A stretch of 64,000 nucleotides of DNA from a virus: positions 4,927-68,926 of IMG/VR virus record IMGVR_UViG_3300043427_001988, one strand, 5' to 3'. The notes beneath the pieces are model-generated. The model did not search any database and was not told the origin of the DNA. It saw only the letters and a list, made by a program, of their open reading frames with translations. Below are positions 55,906 through 64,000 of this stretch, piece after piece; the first letter of the stretch is position 1, and the number at the start of each line of letters is the position of its first letter. Position numbers and translations under genes: made by a program.

Positions 55906-57839
55906 ACACATACACTATTTTACGAACAACTACCGAGATTTCCTCGGTAGTTCACTCCCTCCGCAATCGCCCTATTCTGTACCTTGATACAGAGACCACT
56001 CACCTGGACCCACATCGAGCACGCTTACTTACAGTGCAGGTATACGACGGTGAGGAAGCCTATGTAATCGACTGCACGTCCTTGTCAGATATTTCGGTAA
56101 TTTCTCCGCTGTTCACAGGAACTGCCCTGAAGGTATTTCACAATGCGGCGTATGACCTAAAGATTATCTACAAGAACTTTGATTATCTTATCCGTGATGT
56201 GTATGATACCATGATTACCGAGCGTATGCTTACCGCAGGATTTCCTAGCGCACTGTACTCGTCGGCCTTAGGAGCAGTCGCTGAGCGTCGTCTGCAAATC
56301 AAGCTGGATAAATCGGTACGAAGTACCTTTACAACCAGCGAGATTTCAGTCTTAAGTCAGGAGCAACTTGACTATGCAGTCAACGACGTATTTGTGCTTA
56401 AGCCTATCCATGAACAACAGATGCGCGAGGTTCAGGAGCACAGCCTGCAGAAAGTACACGAGTTAGAAATGCGCTTGTGTCCTGTAACAGCGATGATTGA
56501 GTACACAGGTATGCCATTTGACGATGAGCATCTGAAAGAACTCGCCCCGACGTTTATTCGTCTTATTGAAGAATCTGATAAAGTACTTCAAGACGTATTC
56601 ATCAGTGCAGGGGTTTGTGACCAGATTGTATTTAGTCGAGACGGCTATCGTGCAATCAACCCTGGGTCATCCCAACAAATGGTAGAGATATTCAATAAGG
56701 TAGGTATCAACGTAACGAGTCTTAATGCTCGTGTCGTTATGCAGTGGGATTTTAAGAACAAGAAGAAGGCAAAAGATTTCACAGTGGACTTTGCTGAGTT
56801 ATCACAGGATGCTGACCTGGGTGAGGCGATGGATAGGTTCGGTAGCTTTGAGAACAAATACCTACAAGCGTATGCGTTCTACACTGCGGCTAAGAAGATT
56901 TATTCCACGTATATCAAGGCTCTTCCTGAATTGCGGAATCCTGTAACAAAACGGATTCATTGTTCGTTTAATCAGTATGGTGCGGCTACCGGTCGTTTCT
57001 CAAGCTCATCTCCAAATCTGCAAAACATTCCGTCAGACCAGAAGATGAAAAACTTGGGAATCTCATCAAGTATCCGTCATGCGTTCAAGGTGTCATCTCC
57101 AGGGCGTAAGTTAATCATCGCCGACTACTCAACTATTGAGCTGGTCATTATTGCAGATGCAAGTGGTGATGAAGGTCTGATTAAGAATCTAGATGACTTG
57201 CATACGTTTGTTGCTCGTGAAGTTCTTGGCGTTAAAGATATTAACAATAAGAATAAGAAAGAGCATCCCTATAAACTCTGGCGCGATGTAGCCAAGATGG
57301 TGAACTACTCAATCGCCTACAACGTCGGCGGTGATAGTCTTGGTAAGCAGATGTCGATTGCCCTATCCCCTCTGGGTGAGAAGATTTCTGCGGAACGTGC
57401 TGAGAAGATTATTGAGGATTGGAAGGGACGCTTCCCCCAGGCCGCACAGTGGCTTCGTAATAGTGCACGGTCAGTGATGCTTTACGGATGGGTAGCAGAT
57501 AGTTATGGGCGCAAACGCTTCTGGGACCGAAGCGAGTTTGGTAATAAGTGGCGACGACTGGCCGCGGAGCGAGAAGCGATGAACTTCCCAATCCAAGCGT
57601 TGTCAGCGTCAATGGTTAAGTTAGCATTGGTTGGTACGTTTGACCGCCTTGACCCCTCACGAGGTCGTATTGTGTCAACGGTGCATGACGAAATCATTCT
57701 CGAAACCACGAAGAGCTACGCAGAAGATGCGGCGCAAATACTCAAGGAAGAAATGGAGAAAGCGGCGCAAGCTGTACTACCGAACCTTGGTCCAACGGTA
57801 GAAGTAACGCCCGCAATATCAGACAAATATGACAAATAG
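55902..57839 (+). CDS. polA: DNA polymerase family A with 3'-5' exonuclease
   Basis: DTET, HNAAYD, YAVND; TGRFSSSSPNLQNIP, ADYSTIE, R..AK.VNY, VHDE. Confidence 0.96.
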   Translation: MNTYTILRTTTEISSVVHSLRNRPILYLDTETTHLDPHRARLLTVQVYDGEEAYVIDCTSLSDISVISPLFTGTALKVFHNAAYDLKIIYKNFDYLIRDVYDTMITERMLTAGFPSALYSSALGAVAERRLQIKLDKSVRSTFTTSEISVLSQEQLDYAVNDVFVLKPIHEQQMREVQEHSLQKVHELEMRLCPVTAMIEYTGMPFDDEHLKELAPTFIRLIEESDKVLQDVFISAGVCDQIVFSRDGYRAINPGSSQQMVEIFNKVGINVTSLNARVVMQWDFKNKKKAKDFTVDFAELSQDADLGEAMDRFGSFENKYLQAYAFYTAAKKIYSTYIKALPELRNPVTKRIHCSFNQYGAATGRFSSSSPNLQNIPSDQKMKNLGISSSIRHAFKVSSPGRKLIIADYSTIELVIIADASGDEGLIKNLDDLHTFVAREVLGVKDINNKNKKEHPYKLWRDVAKMVNYSIAYNVGGDSLGKQMSIALSPLGEKISAERAEKIIEDWKGRFPQAAQWLRNSARSVMLYGWVADSYGRKRFWDRSEFGNKWRRLAAEREAMNFPIQALSASMVKLALVGTFDRLDPSRGRIVSTVHDEIILETTKSYAEDAAQILKEEMEKAAQAVLPNLGPTVEVTPAISDKYDK

Positions 57840-58050
57840 GGAGCAGTATGAAATCTCAATACACGGATACGAACATGAAGGTAGTTATAATTACGATATT
57901 ATTTTTTATTGTTACACCACTGATACTGTGGTTTTTCGGGAAAGACTATCTGGAAGAAATCGCGCAGAATCTGGAATAAAGCTTAGCACAGCACTACGTG
58001 CATATTTAGGAGGGGTAGAATGGCAAAAAGTGTTAGCTTCGAGGGAATGA
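57829..58050 (+). CDS. hypothetical protein
   Basis: Overlapping ORF in operon. Confidence 0.55.
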   Translation: MTNREQYEISIHGYEHEGSYNYDIIFYCYTTDTVVFRERLSGRNRAESGIKLSTALRAYLGGVEWQKVLASRE

Positions 58051-58985
58051 GTATGGCTGAGACAGTGCGGGAACACTTGTGGTTCCCCTCTAGTCTCCCA
58101 AGTGTGAATTACGCGCTGGGTGATATGCGCGGTATTCAAGGTGGTAGTATTGTGATGCTACTCGCTGAGCCTGGGCATGGCAAAACAACCATGGCCTTAG
58201 ACCTTATCGCACAAGCACAGCAAAAAGGCGAGCTTAAGGAAATAGAGGTTAAAATTGATAAGGGTATGCGCATAATTAATGCGCTGTTCGTTGATTTAGA
58301 GCGAACGTTTGATGCAGAGTACGCTAGTCGTATAGGTGTGGATGTGAACAAGCTCGCCGTGTACAAGCCGAACTATGCAGAACAAGCCCTTCCAGTTATT
58401 GAGCACTTACTTGAGCAGGGACTTCAGCTTGTGGTATTTGATAGTGTACCTGCGATGATTACGAAGGATGAATTTGACAAAGATGTTGATGAGCCAGCTC
58501 GTATGGCTGGTTCTGCAAATCTGCTTGCGCGTTGGCTTGTTCGTCTACTGGGTTTAGTTGATAATGCAGACGCACTGTTTGTATTCATCAATCAATACCG
58601 CGCAAATATTTCACCAATGGCCCGCTCTGAGAAAAAGCCATACGGTACACGAGCACTGCGGTACTTCTCTAAGATTATCCTGGAGCTAGTGAAGATTAAA
58701 AATGAGGAAGACCGCTCTACTATTCAAATGACTGTGAGCAAAAACAAACAAGCTCCGGAAGGTCAGAAAGTAGAGTACCTCATGCGCAAGGGTCAGGGCA
58801 TGTCTGCGGCGCACGACGTGTTTGCCTGTGCTGTAGATGCTGGGCTTATTCGTAAGAGTGGTAGTTGGTTTGAGTATGACGGGCACAAAGCCCAAGGCGC
58901 AGATTCTGCAATTGCCCAGTTCCCAATGGCTGAAATTAGAATGAAAGTGGAGGCTGAACTATCCAATGACCTCACGCGTAAGTGA
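58020..58985 (+). CDS. recA: RecA-family recombinase
   Basis: AEPGHGKTT, FVDLE, VFDSV, FINQYR, KNK, KSGSWF. Confidence 0.92.
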   Translation: MAKSVSFEGMSMAETVREHLWFPSSLPSVNYALGDMRGIQGGSIVMLLAEPGHGKTTMALDLIAQAQQKGELKEIEVKIDKGMRIINALFVDLERTFDAEYASRIGVDVNKLAVYKPNYAEQALPVIEHLLEQGLQLVVFDSVPAMITKDEFDKDVDEPARMAGSANLLARWLVRLLGLVDNADALFVFINQYRANISPMARSEKKPYGTRALRYFSKIILELVKIKNEEDRSTIQMTVSKNKQAPEGQKVEYLMRKGQGMSAAHDVFACAVDAGLIRKSGSWFEYDGHKAQGADSAIAQFPMAEIRMKVEAELSNDLTRK

Positions 58986-59313
58986 CTGGTTAGAAAACCC
59001 GCCGGATTATTACGACATGACCACCGCCTATCAACGCCTTGGTGAACTTCGGGCAAAAGTCATCAAATTAAAGCGGGAGATAGAACGCATTGAAGAACAA
59101 GTGTCCATCGAAGCGGAACGCCCACGCTCGAACGAGGCCAGGAGTCGGCGTTTACAAGCAACGTCAGTACTCAAGGACTCACTATCAGATTTTGAGGCAG
59201 AAACAGCAATACAAGAGGCCCTAGTCAAGTCCCTTGAATACCGTAAATCTATGTATGCGTCAATTGCATACACGACTAAATTACGATTAGAGGTCATAGA
59301 AGCGAATGAATAA
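58966..59313 (+). CDS. coiled-coil protein (possible recombination mediator)
   Basis: Helical ORF right after recA. Confidence 0.55.
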   Translation: MTSRVSDWLENPPDYYDMTTAYQRLGELRAKVIKLKREIERIEEQVSIEAERPRSNEARSRRLQATSVLKDSLSDFEAETAIQEALVKSLEYRKSMYASIAYTTKLRLEVIEANE

Positions 59314-60046
59314 AGGGGAGTTTAGTGCTTCCCGCATCAATACGTATATGACGTGCCCTCGGCTCTTTTACTACAATTATGTGGAGAAAGCAGAAGAGCC
59401 GAGGCATGTCCTCACACTGATGGGAAGCGCACTACATAAGGCTATTGAACATTTTTACGAGGATGGGAAAGACCCTCAGGCTACATTTAACCGTGAGTTT
59501 TTTAACCAGGTAAGTTACGCCCAGGGTACACTACTCGGTATCAAAGGGAAGGAGAGTCCAGTACAAGTAGCTGTTCTTGGTAAGTCTATTATCGAAGCGA
59601 TGGACTGGTCGTTTAAGCCTATCGCATTAGAACAATCGTTCTCACTTCCATTTCCAAATAAAGAAAACCCCGTGTGTACTATGCGCGGTATCATTGATAT
59701 GATTATCGGTGATGATATTATCATAGACCACAAGTCGAGTAAAGTCAAGCCAAGTAAAAAGAAGTTGGCAGAGAACTACCAGTTCTCAATCTACGCCTGG
59801 GCCTACCGAGAAATTCACGGACACTTACCAAGTAAGGTATACTGGCATCATCTACGCACACAAGAACTTATTGAAGCGGATGTACTAACTGATTTAGATG
59901 CACGTATTGCACGAATTACTGAAGATGTGAAAACTATTATTGCTGATGAGCAATATGATAAAATAGAGAAGAATGGATTCTGTACAAACGTTTGTCATTT
60001 CCATGACAAGTGTTGGGGTGGTGAAAATGTCGAAAGCAATAGTTAG
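59306..60046 (+). CDS. PD-(D/E)XK exonuclease (RecB/Cas4-like)
   Basis: SASRI..Y.TCP, GSALH, GIID, DHKS, Q..IY, C...C.F...C. Confidence 0.88.
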   Translation: MNKGEFSASRINTYMTCPRLFYYNYVEKAEEPRHVLTLMGSALHKAIEHFYEDGKDPQATFNREFFNQVSYAQGTLLGIKGKESPVQVAVLGKSIIEAMDWSFKPIALEQSFSLPFPNKENPVCTMRGIIDMIIGDDIIIDHKSSKVKPSKKKLAENYQFSIYAWAYREIHGHLPSKVYWHHLRTQELIEADVLTDLDARIARITEDVKTIIADEQYDKIEKNGFCTNVCHFHDKCWGGENVESNS

Positions 60047-60389
60047 AGAAAAGTTGCGCGATTATTTTAAAGAAGGTTTATCTTCTGAGGAGCGTCTAGA
60101 GATAAAGGATGCACTTGGTTCATTGTACGGGGTCTTTGTTGACCACAATGCGTTTGCGCCTGCGTACTTGTATCGGTACAGTATCGGATACTCCTGTGAG
60201 GAGATTGCAGACCTGTACGGCCACACTGTAGATGAGGTGCAACGAACCCTGCATTACTGCTACGCGTTGCTTGGAGAAGTGCTTCAACTTGATGATGAAA
60301 TGCTTATCCGCAAGGTGCAGAAACCTTTAAAAGAAGTCGCTGAAGATATTCTTAATAGAATTTACACAAACTTTACGGAGGTAGAATGA
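60027..60389 (+). CDS. hypothetical protein with sigma-4-like HTH
   Basis: GYSCEEIADLYGHTVDEV; start revised to MSKAIV. Confidence 0.55.
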   Translation: MSKAIVREKLRDYFKEGLSSEERLEIKDALGSLYGVFVDHNAFAPAYLYRYSIGYSCEEIADLYGHTVDEVQRTLHYCYALLGEVLQLDDEMLIRKVQKPLKEVAEDILNRIYTNFTEVE

Positions 60390-61348
60390 TTACAGAAGAG
60401 ATTATCCAGGAAGCCCTGCGACTTCGTGCAGAGAATCCTCGCATGACGTTTCGTCAAGTCGCAGAACAACTTCTTGGAGATGGGGATTTTGCGACTGCTC
60501 TGCGTAAGAGCATCACAGACCAGCAACGGGATTCTGAAAATAGTGTATTGAAAAATGAACGCCGCCGAGTTATTCCACAAGAGCTTCCAGAGATTACGGA
60601 ACTTCCAGAACAGTACAAGATGCACTTACCAAAACCATTACAGGCTAATGTAACAAGCGCAATTATCTTTGGAGACCTGCACTGTCCGCACGTTGACCGA
60701 GGACTCGTACAGCAAGTCCTTCGCGAAAGTCTGACCTGTAATATTGACACGGTAGTTCTCGCAGGTGACATTATCGACGGGCAGTTTACCGGCCGTCATA
60801 AGAATCCCCCTGAGTATGTAGCTCCGGCAATTCATGAGTTAGAATATATGCAGTACTATCTAGATTATCTAGAGCGTGAATTTGCCGAGGTCTATGTATT
60901 GCCGGGTAATCATGATGGCTGGGTCACTGATTACTTTGATATGGATTTTACTACACTCATCAATACAATGCTCCCAAACAATAACCTACATATTTCTAAG
61001 TACGGTTACATGTATATCAATGATAACATTGTAGTGGGGCATCTGGAAGAATGGAATGAAACTCCGGGGTATCTGGCGTGGAAAATTGCCCAGCAGTTTA
61101 AACGTCACGCGATTGTGAATCATGACCATATCCGAGGAGTCTACTCAGAGCGCGATAATAAATACTACGGTGTTTCTGTAGGGGCTTCACTGGTTCCTGC
61201 AAATATTTACTACAAGAACGCATCCTTTAACTCATACCCAGCAATTGACCGCGGGTATGCAGTCCTCCAGAACAAAACAACGTTGCGACTTATGGCCTGG
61301 GATGGCGAATCTGCAAGCGTTGATAAAATTATTCACTTAGGAGATTAA
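60386..61348 (+). CDS. metallophosphoesterase (calcineurin-like)
   Basis: GDLH, GDIID, GNHD, H.H motifs. Confidence 0.9.
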   Translation: MITEEIIQEALRLRAENPRMTFRQVAEQLLGDGDFATALRKSITDQQRDSENSVLKNERRRVIPQELPEITELPEQYKMHLPKPLQANVTSAIIFGDLHCPHVDRGLVQQVLRESLTCNIDTVVLAGDIIDGQFTGRHKNPPEYVAPAIHELEYMQYYLDYLEREFAEVYVLPGNHDGWVTDYFDMDFTTLINTMLPNNNLHISKYGYMYINDNIVVGHLEEWNETPGYLAWKIAQQFKRHAIVNHDHIRGVYSERDNKYYGVSVGASLVPANIYYKNASFNSYPAIDRGYAVLQNKTTLRLMAWDGESASVDKIIHLGD

Positions 61349-61349
61349 C

Positions 61350-61901
61350 ATGTATTCACTCCAAAACATTATCTACGGGCCTCAGGTATCGCCGCTTGTG
61401 TTAGCACAGGCGGTAAAGGCTCTCAACAAGAAAGTTGCCCGCCTAGACGAAATTGTAGAAGCTTACACAGTGTATGGTAAACTCACACGTATCGGGAACC
61501 TCATGCCATTTGCACAGGCCATACACGAGACAGGCTGGTTTAGTTCCTGGCGTTGGACTAAGAACTTTAATCCAGCAGGTATCGGAGCCACCAACGACGG
61601 TGCTGTTGGAAATGATTGGAAAAATCCCGCCGAAGGTATTATTGCGCAGTACGCACACTTAATCGCTTACGCAGTAGACCCCGCAGACTATACTGCTACG
61701 CAAAGAGTATTGGTAAACTTATCGCCACGGTATCGAATTTTACTGCAGAAAAATTTACTAGGCAGTGCTCCTCGTTGGGTAGACCTCAATGGAAAATGGG
61801 CCTGGCCTGGCACAACATATGCACAACGTATTGAAAAAATCGCAGAGACCATTATGAACTTGTCCGAGAATCCAAGACTACTTGACATGGAGCTTTTGTA
61901 G
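61350..61901 (+). CDS. glucosaminidase-like (GH73) cell-wall hydrolase
   Basis: AQAIHETG, NPAGIG, LNGKWA..Y. Confidence 0.8.
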   Translation: MYSLQNIIYGPQVSPLVLAQAVKALNKKVARLDEIVEAYTVYGKLTRIGNLMPFAQAIHETGWFSSWRWTKNFNPAGIGATNDGAVGNDWKNPAEGIIAQYAHLIAYAVDPADYTATQRVLVNLSPRYRILLQKNLLGSAPRWVDLNGKWAWPGTTYAQRIEKIAETIMNLSENPRLLDMELL

Positions 61902-61910
61902 TGGTATACT
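61882..61910 (+). promoter_or_regulatory. sigma70-type promoter
   Basis: TTGACA-17-TATACT with extended TG. Confidence 0.85.
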
Positions 61911-61935
61911 GTACAACAGAAGGGAGTATTGATTA

Positions 61936-62310
61936 TTGATTAGTGTAATGAGTGTGTTTCTTAGTCTTTATTTGCGTGTTTGTGACTTTGGGTACTGTAA
62001 GTTAACCCCTGTGGATACAGCGGTGATTGCAATCACATCTTGTGAATCTGGTGATGGGCACCACTTCGGTACAATTAAGTGGGATGCGGTAAGTGCAACA
62101 AACGATACAGGTGCATTTCAATTTAATGACCGGACTTGGCAGTGGTTAACAGGACGCACTGACAGGGCGATTGATGCACCGCATTCAGCACAACTTGCGG
62201 CGTTTTACAAACTTTGGAATGATGGGTATGGACACACCCATTGGTCAGCATCACAACCCTGCTGGAGTCAATGGTTAGAAATTAAAGATGGGAGAGCAGT
62301 CGCGAAATGA
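61936..62310 (+). CDS. lysozyme-fold transglycosylase (Rpf/SLT-like)
   Basis: CESG...GAFQF...TW...Q...W. Confidence 0.8.
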   Translation: MISVMSVFLSLYLRVCDFGYCKLTPVDTAVIAITSCESGDGHHFGTIKWDAVSATNDTGAFQFNDRTWQWLTGRTDRAIDAPHSAQLAAFYKLWNDGYGHTHWSASQPCWSQWLEIKDGRAVAK

Positions 62311-62564
62311 AAACATTATTGTATTTTACCGCAGAGTGGTGTACACCGTGTAGACGAGTGAAGCCGTTGTTGCAAGAAGTTTTGCCGGAGTTTCCTGATG
62401 TAAACGTCGTGTTTATCGACGCTGACGAGCATCGCGAGATGCTTCACGAGTACAATGTAATGTCAGTGCCTACACTACTTAATCCAGAAACAAAGAAGAT
62501 GGTAAACCCTCAAGCAAATAAAGAAGCGTTGCGCTACTTACTGAAGGAGATGTCGAATGTCTGA
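62307..62564 (+). CDS. thioredoxin
   Basis: FTAEWCTPC, VMSVPT. Confidence 0.92.
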   Translation: MKTLLYFTAEWCTPCRRVKPLLQEVLPEFPDVNVVFIDADEHREMLHEYNVMSVPTLLNPETKKMVNPQANKEALRYLLKEMSNV

Positions 62565-62766
62565 TGACGCATTAAGTCCATTTGGTAAACCCTGTACCGT
62601 GTGTGGTACTGATAATACTGATGGTAAAGAAGATGGTGATGGTGTGTACTGGGTATATGGGTATATTGGAATTCTTCCAATTACTTTGTGTGGTATCTGT
62701 TATAATGGGGTTGTGCAGATGGTACGCACATTAGAAGGAGACTATGAGGATGACGCAGAAGCGTAA
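62557..62766 (+). CDS. small zinc-finger protein
   Basis: CTVC...CGIC; AAGGAG RBS. Confidence 0.7.
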   Translation: MSDDALSPFGKPCTVCGTDNTDGKEDGDGVYWVYGYIGILPITLCGICYNGVVQMVRTLEGDYEDDAEA

Positions 62767-63052
62767 GTACGAAAAGAAAACCGGCCGACTTATCCACACG
62801 ATTGATGTACTCAAAGTAATCCGCTTTGAATTAATCCTAGAGGATAATGAAACAGAGTGTTGTGTGTACTTCTCAATGTTGAGAACGAAGGGTAAACTAA
62901 AGGGCCAGTATACACCACGCCTGCGGGACTACTGGTTTCCTTACCGTAAGGACGATGACGCTGCAATCCAGCAGTTCAAGAAATTTGTAACTGCCTATCA
63001 CGAAACCTGGGAGCAACGACTGGGTAAAAAGAAAAAAGCAAAGATTGCCTAG
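62750..63052 (+). CDS. hypothetical protein
   Basis: ORF in operon. Confidence 0.65.
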   Translation: MTQKRKYEKKTGRLIHTIDVLKVIRFELILEDNETECCVYFSMLRTKGKLKGQYTPRLRDYWFPYRKDDDAAIQQFKKFVTAYHETWEQRLGKKKKAKIA

Positions 63053-63081
63053 ACTACGGGGTGTAGAAATACACCCCATGC

Positions 63082-63157
63082 GCCGATATAGTTTAAGGGA
63101 TAAAACAGCAACCTTCTAAGTTGCATAGTGGGGGTTCAAGTCCCTCTATCGGTACCA
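63082..63157 (+). tRNA. tRNA-Arg(TCT)
   Basis: GCCGATA/TATCGGT acceptor, GTTT/AAAC D stem, GCAAC-CTTCTAA-GTTGC anticodon arm, TTCAAGT loop, ACCA end. Confidence 0.95.
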
Positions 63158-63168
63158 AAAGGAGGATT

Positions 63169-63780
63169 ATGCACACACCACTCATTACTGTAGTTGCCGT
63201 CGACTATGACGGCTGGGTTAAACGTCTCGGCGCAAAGAAAGGTATGAAAAGTCTGGAAGCACAAACAATGCAGGACTTTGAGGTGCTTTTCTTTCACGAT
63301 GGACCACGCACACGCGATGTCAAAGCAGACCTAGACCTAACGCACACCAAGATGGACATTCGTTACATTAGCACCCATCAACGATTTAATCTTTGGGGAC
63401 ATCCGCAAAGGCACCTCGGAGTACAGATGGCTCGCGGTGATTACATTTTTCATTTTAACTGCGATAACTACTTAGAACCAAATGCGTTTGAAATAATCCG
63501 CGACGCAATCACTCCGGATAGACCGCCTGCAATTGTGTGTAGCATTCGCTGGGATGGAAAATATTTTCCAGGAATTCCTGTGAAGCCTTGGAACATCGAC
63601 TGTATGCAGATGATTGCGAAAAAAGAAGTTTGGGACGCTATTGGCGGGTGGTATCGGTACGAGCCGGACAGTGACGGATATATATACGAAGAAATAGCCC
63701 GTCGCTATCCTATTAAGCACGTTGATACAATTATCGGAGATAACTACGTAACCACGGGCGGTAGTGGTACCCCGGAGTAA
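63169..63780 (+). CDS. glycosyltransferase family 2
   Basis: QTMQDFEV..HDG, G...R..G...ARGDYI..FNCDN; start revised to ATG behind GGAGG. Confidence 0.88.
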   Translation: MHTPLITVVAVDYDGWVKRLGAKKGMKSLEAQTMQDFEVLFFHDGPRTRDVKADLDLTHTKMDIRYISTHQRFNLWGHPQRHLGVQMARGDYIFHFNCDNYLEPNAFEIIRDAITPDRPPAIVCSIRWDGKYFPGIPVKPWNIDCMQMIAKKEVWDAIGGWYRYEPDSDGYIYEEIARRYPIKHVDTIIGDNYVTTGGSGTPE

Positions 63781-63789
63781 GGAGTTTTA

Positions 63790-63967
63790 TATGATTCTTA
63801 ATTGTCTTTGCACTCAATGCCGAATGGCTCGCCGTCGTCACCAAGAGTACCTCGCGCAAACGAGAAAAGTCCGCCGGAAAGTTACTCAACAACTAAACTA
63901 CTACACCTCTCGAGGAATAGTAGAATTTGAAATACCAGAAAAATACGCCGGAGTTTATGCGGCGTAA
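63790..63967 (+). CDS. small basic Cys-containing protein
   Basis: MILNCLCTQC; AAGGAG RBS. Confidence 0.6.
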
Positions 63968-64000
63968 AGGAGCTCTATGAAATTTATCGACATCACTAAG

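Noticed and set aside
1-64000. Stop-codon reassignment, DGR/retron, or prophage boundary with host DNA
   Set aside because: Genes are full-length in code 11 and use all three stops; no reverse transcriptase is visible; host-like genes are embedded in phage operons.

Overview
The window is a 64-kb part of a large, probably lytic, long-tailed dsDNA phage: siphovirus-like, with a 1857-aa tape measure, no sheath gene and no integrase in view. A Chloroflexota-like host is only a tentative guess, based on the host-type BMP lipoprotein and VanW genes. Layout: (i) 1-6.8 kb is an array of small minus-strand early genes, most with their own consensus sigma70 promoter and a shared repeat, and it includes a 133-nt miniature tmRNA. 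(ii) About 7.0-10.65 kb is a compositionally distinct island, strongly depleted in AAG/CAG/GAG and their complements. It carries six perfect chromosomal-type parS palindromes (TGTTTCACGTGAAACA) in an intergenic repeat and is bounded by G-rich and 11-bp tandem repeats. (iii) 10.9-25.3 kb (minus strand) holds accessory genes, a structured RNA candidate, a DNA methyltransferase, lysis genes, portal, an intein-containing terminase, class II RNR and MazG. (iv) 25.6-50.3 kb (plus strand) holds head and tail genes. (v) 50.3-64 kb holds glycosyltransferases, SSB, primase, DnaB, PolA, RecA, nucleases, two more wall hydrolases and tRNA-Arg(TCT). The best candidates for new biology are the parS-studded, motif-depleted island (possibly a first-injected leader that recruits host ParB), the mini-tmRNA, and the promoter-gene cassette array with a helically phased TCTCAT box. 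All calls come from reading the sequence and recognising motifs; no database searches or computed counts were run.
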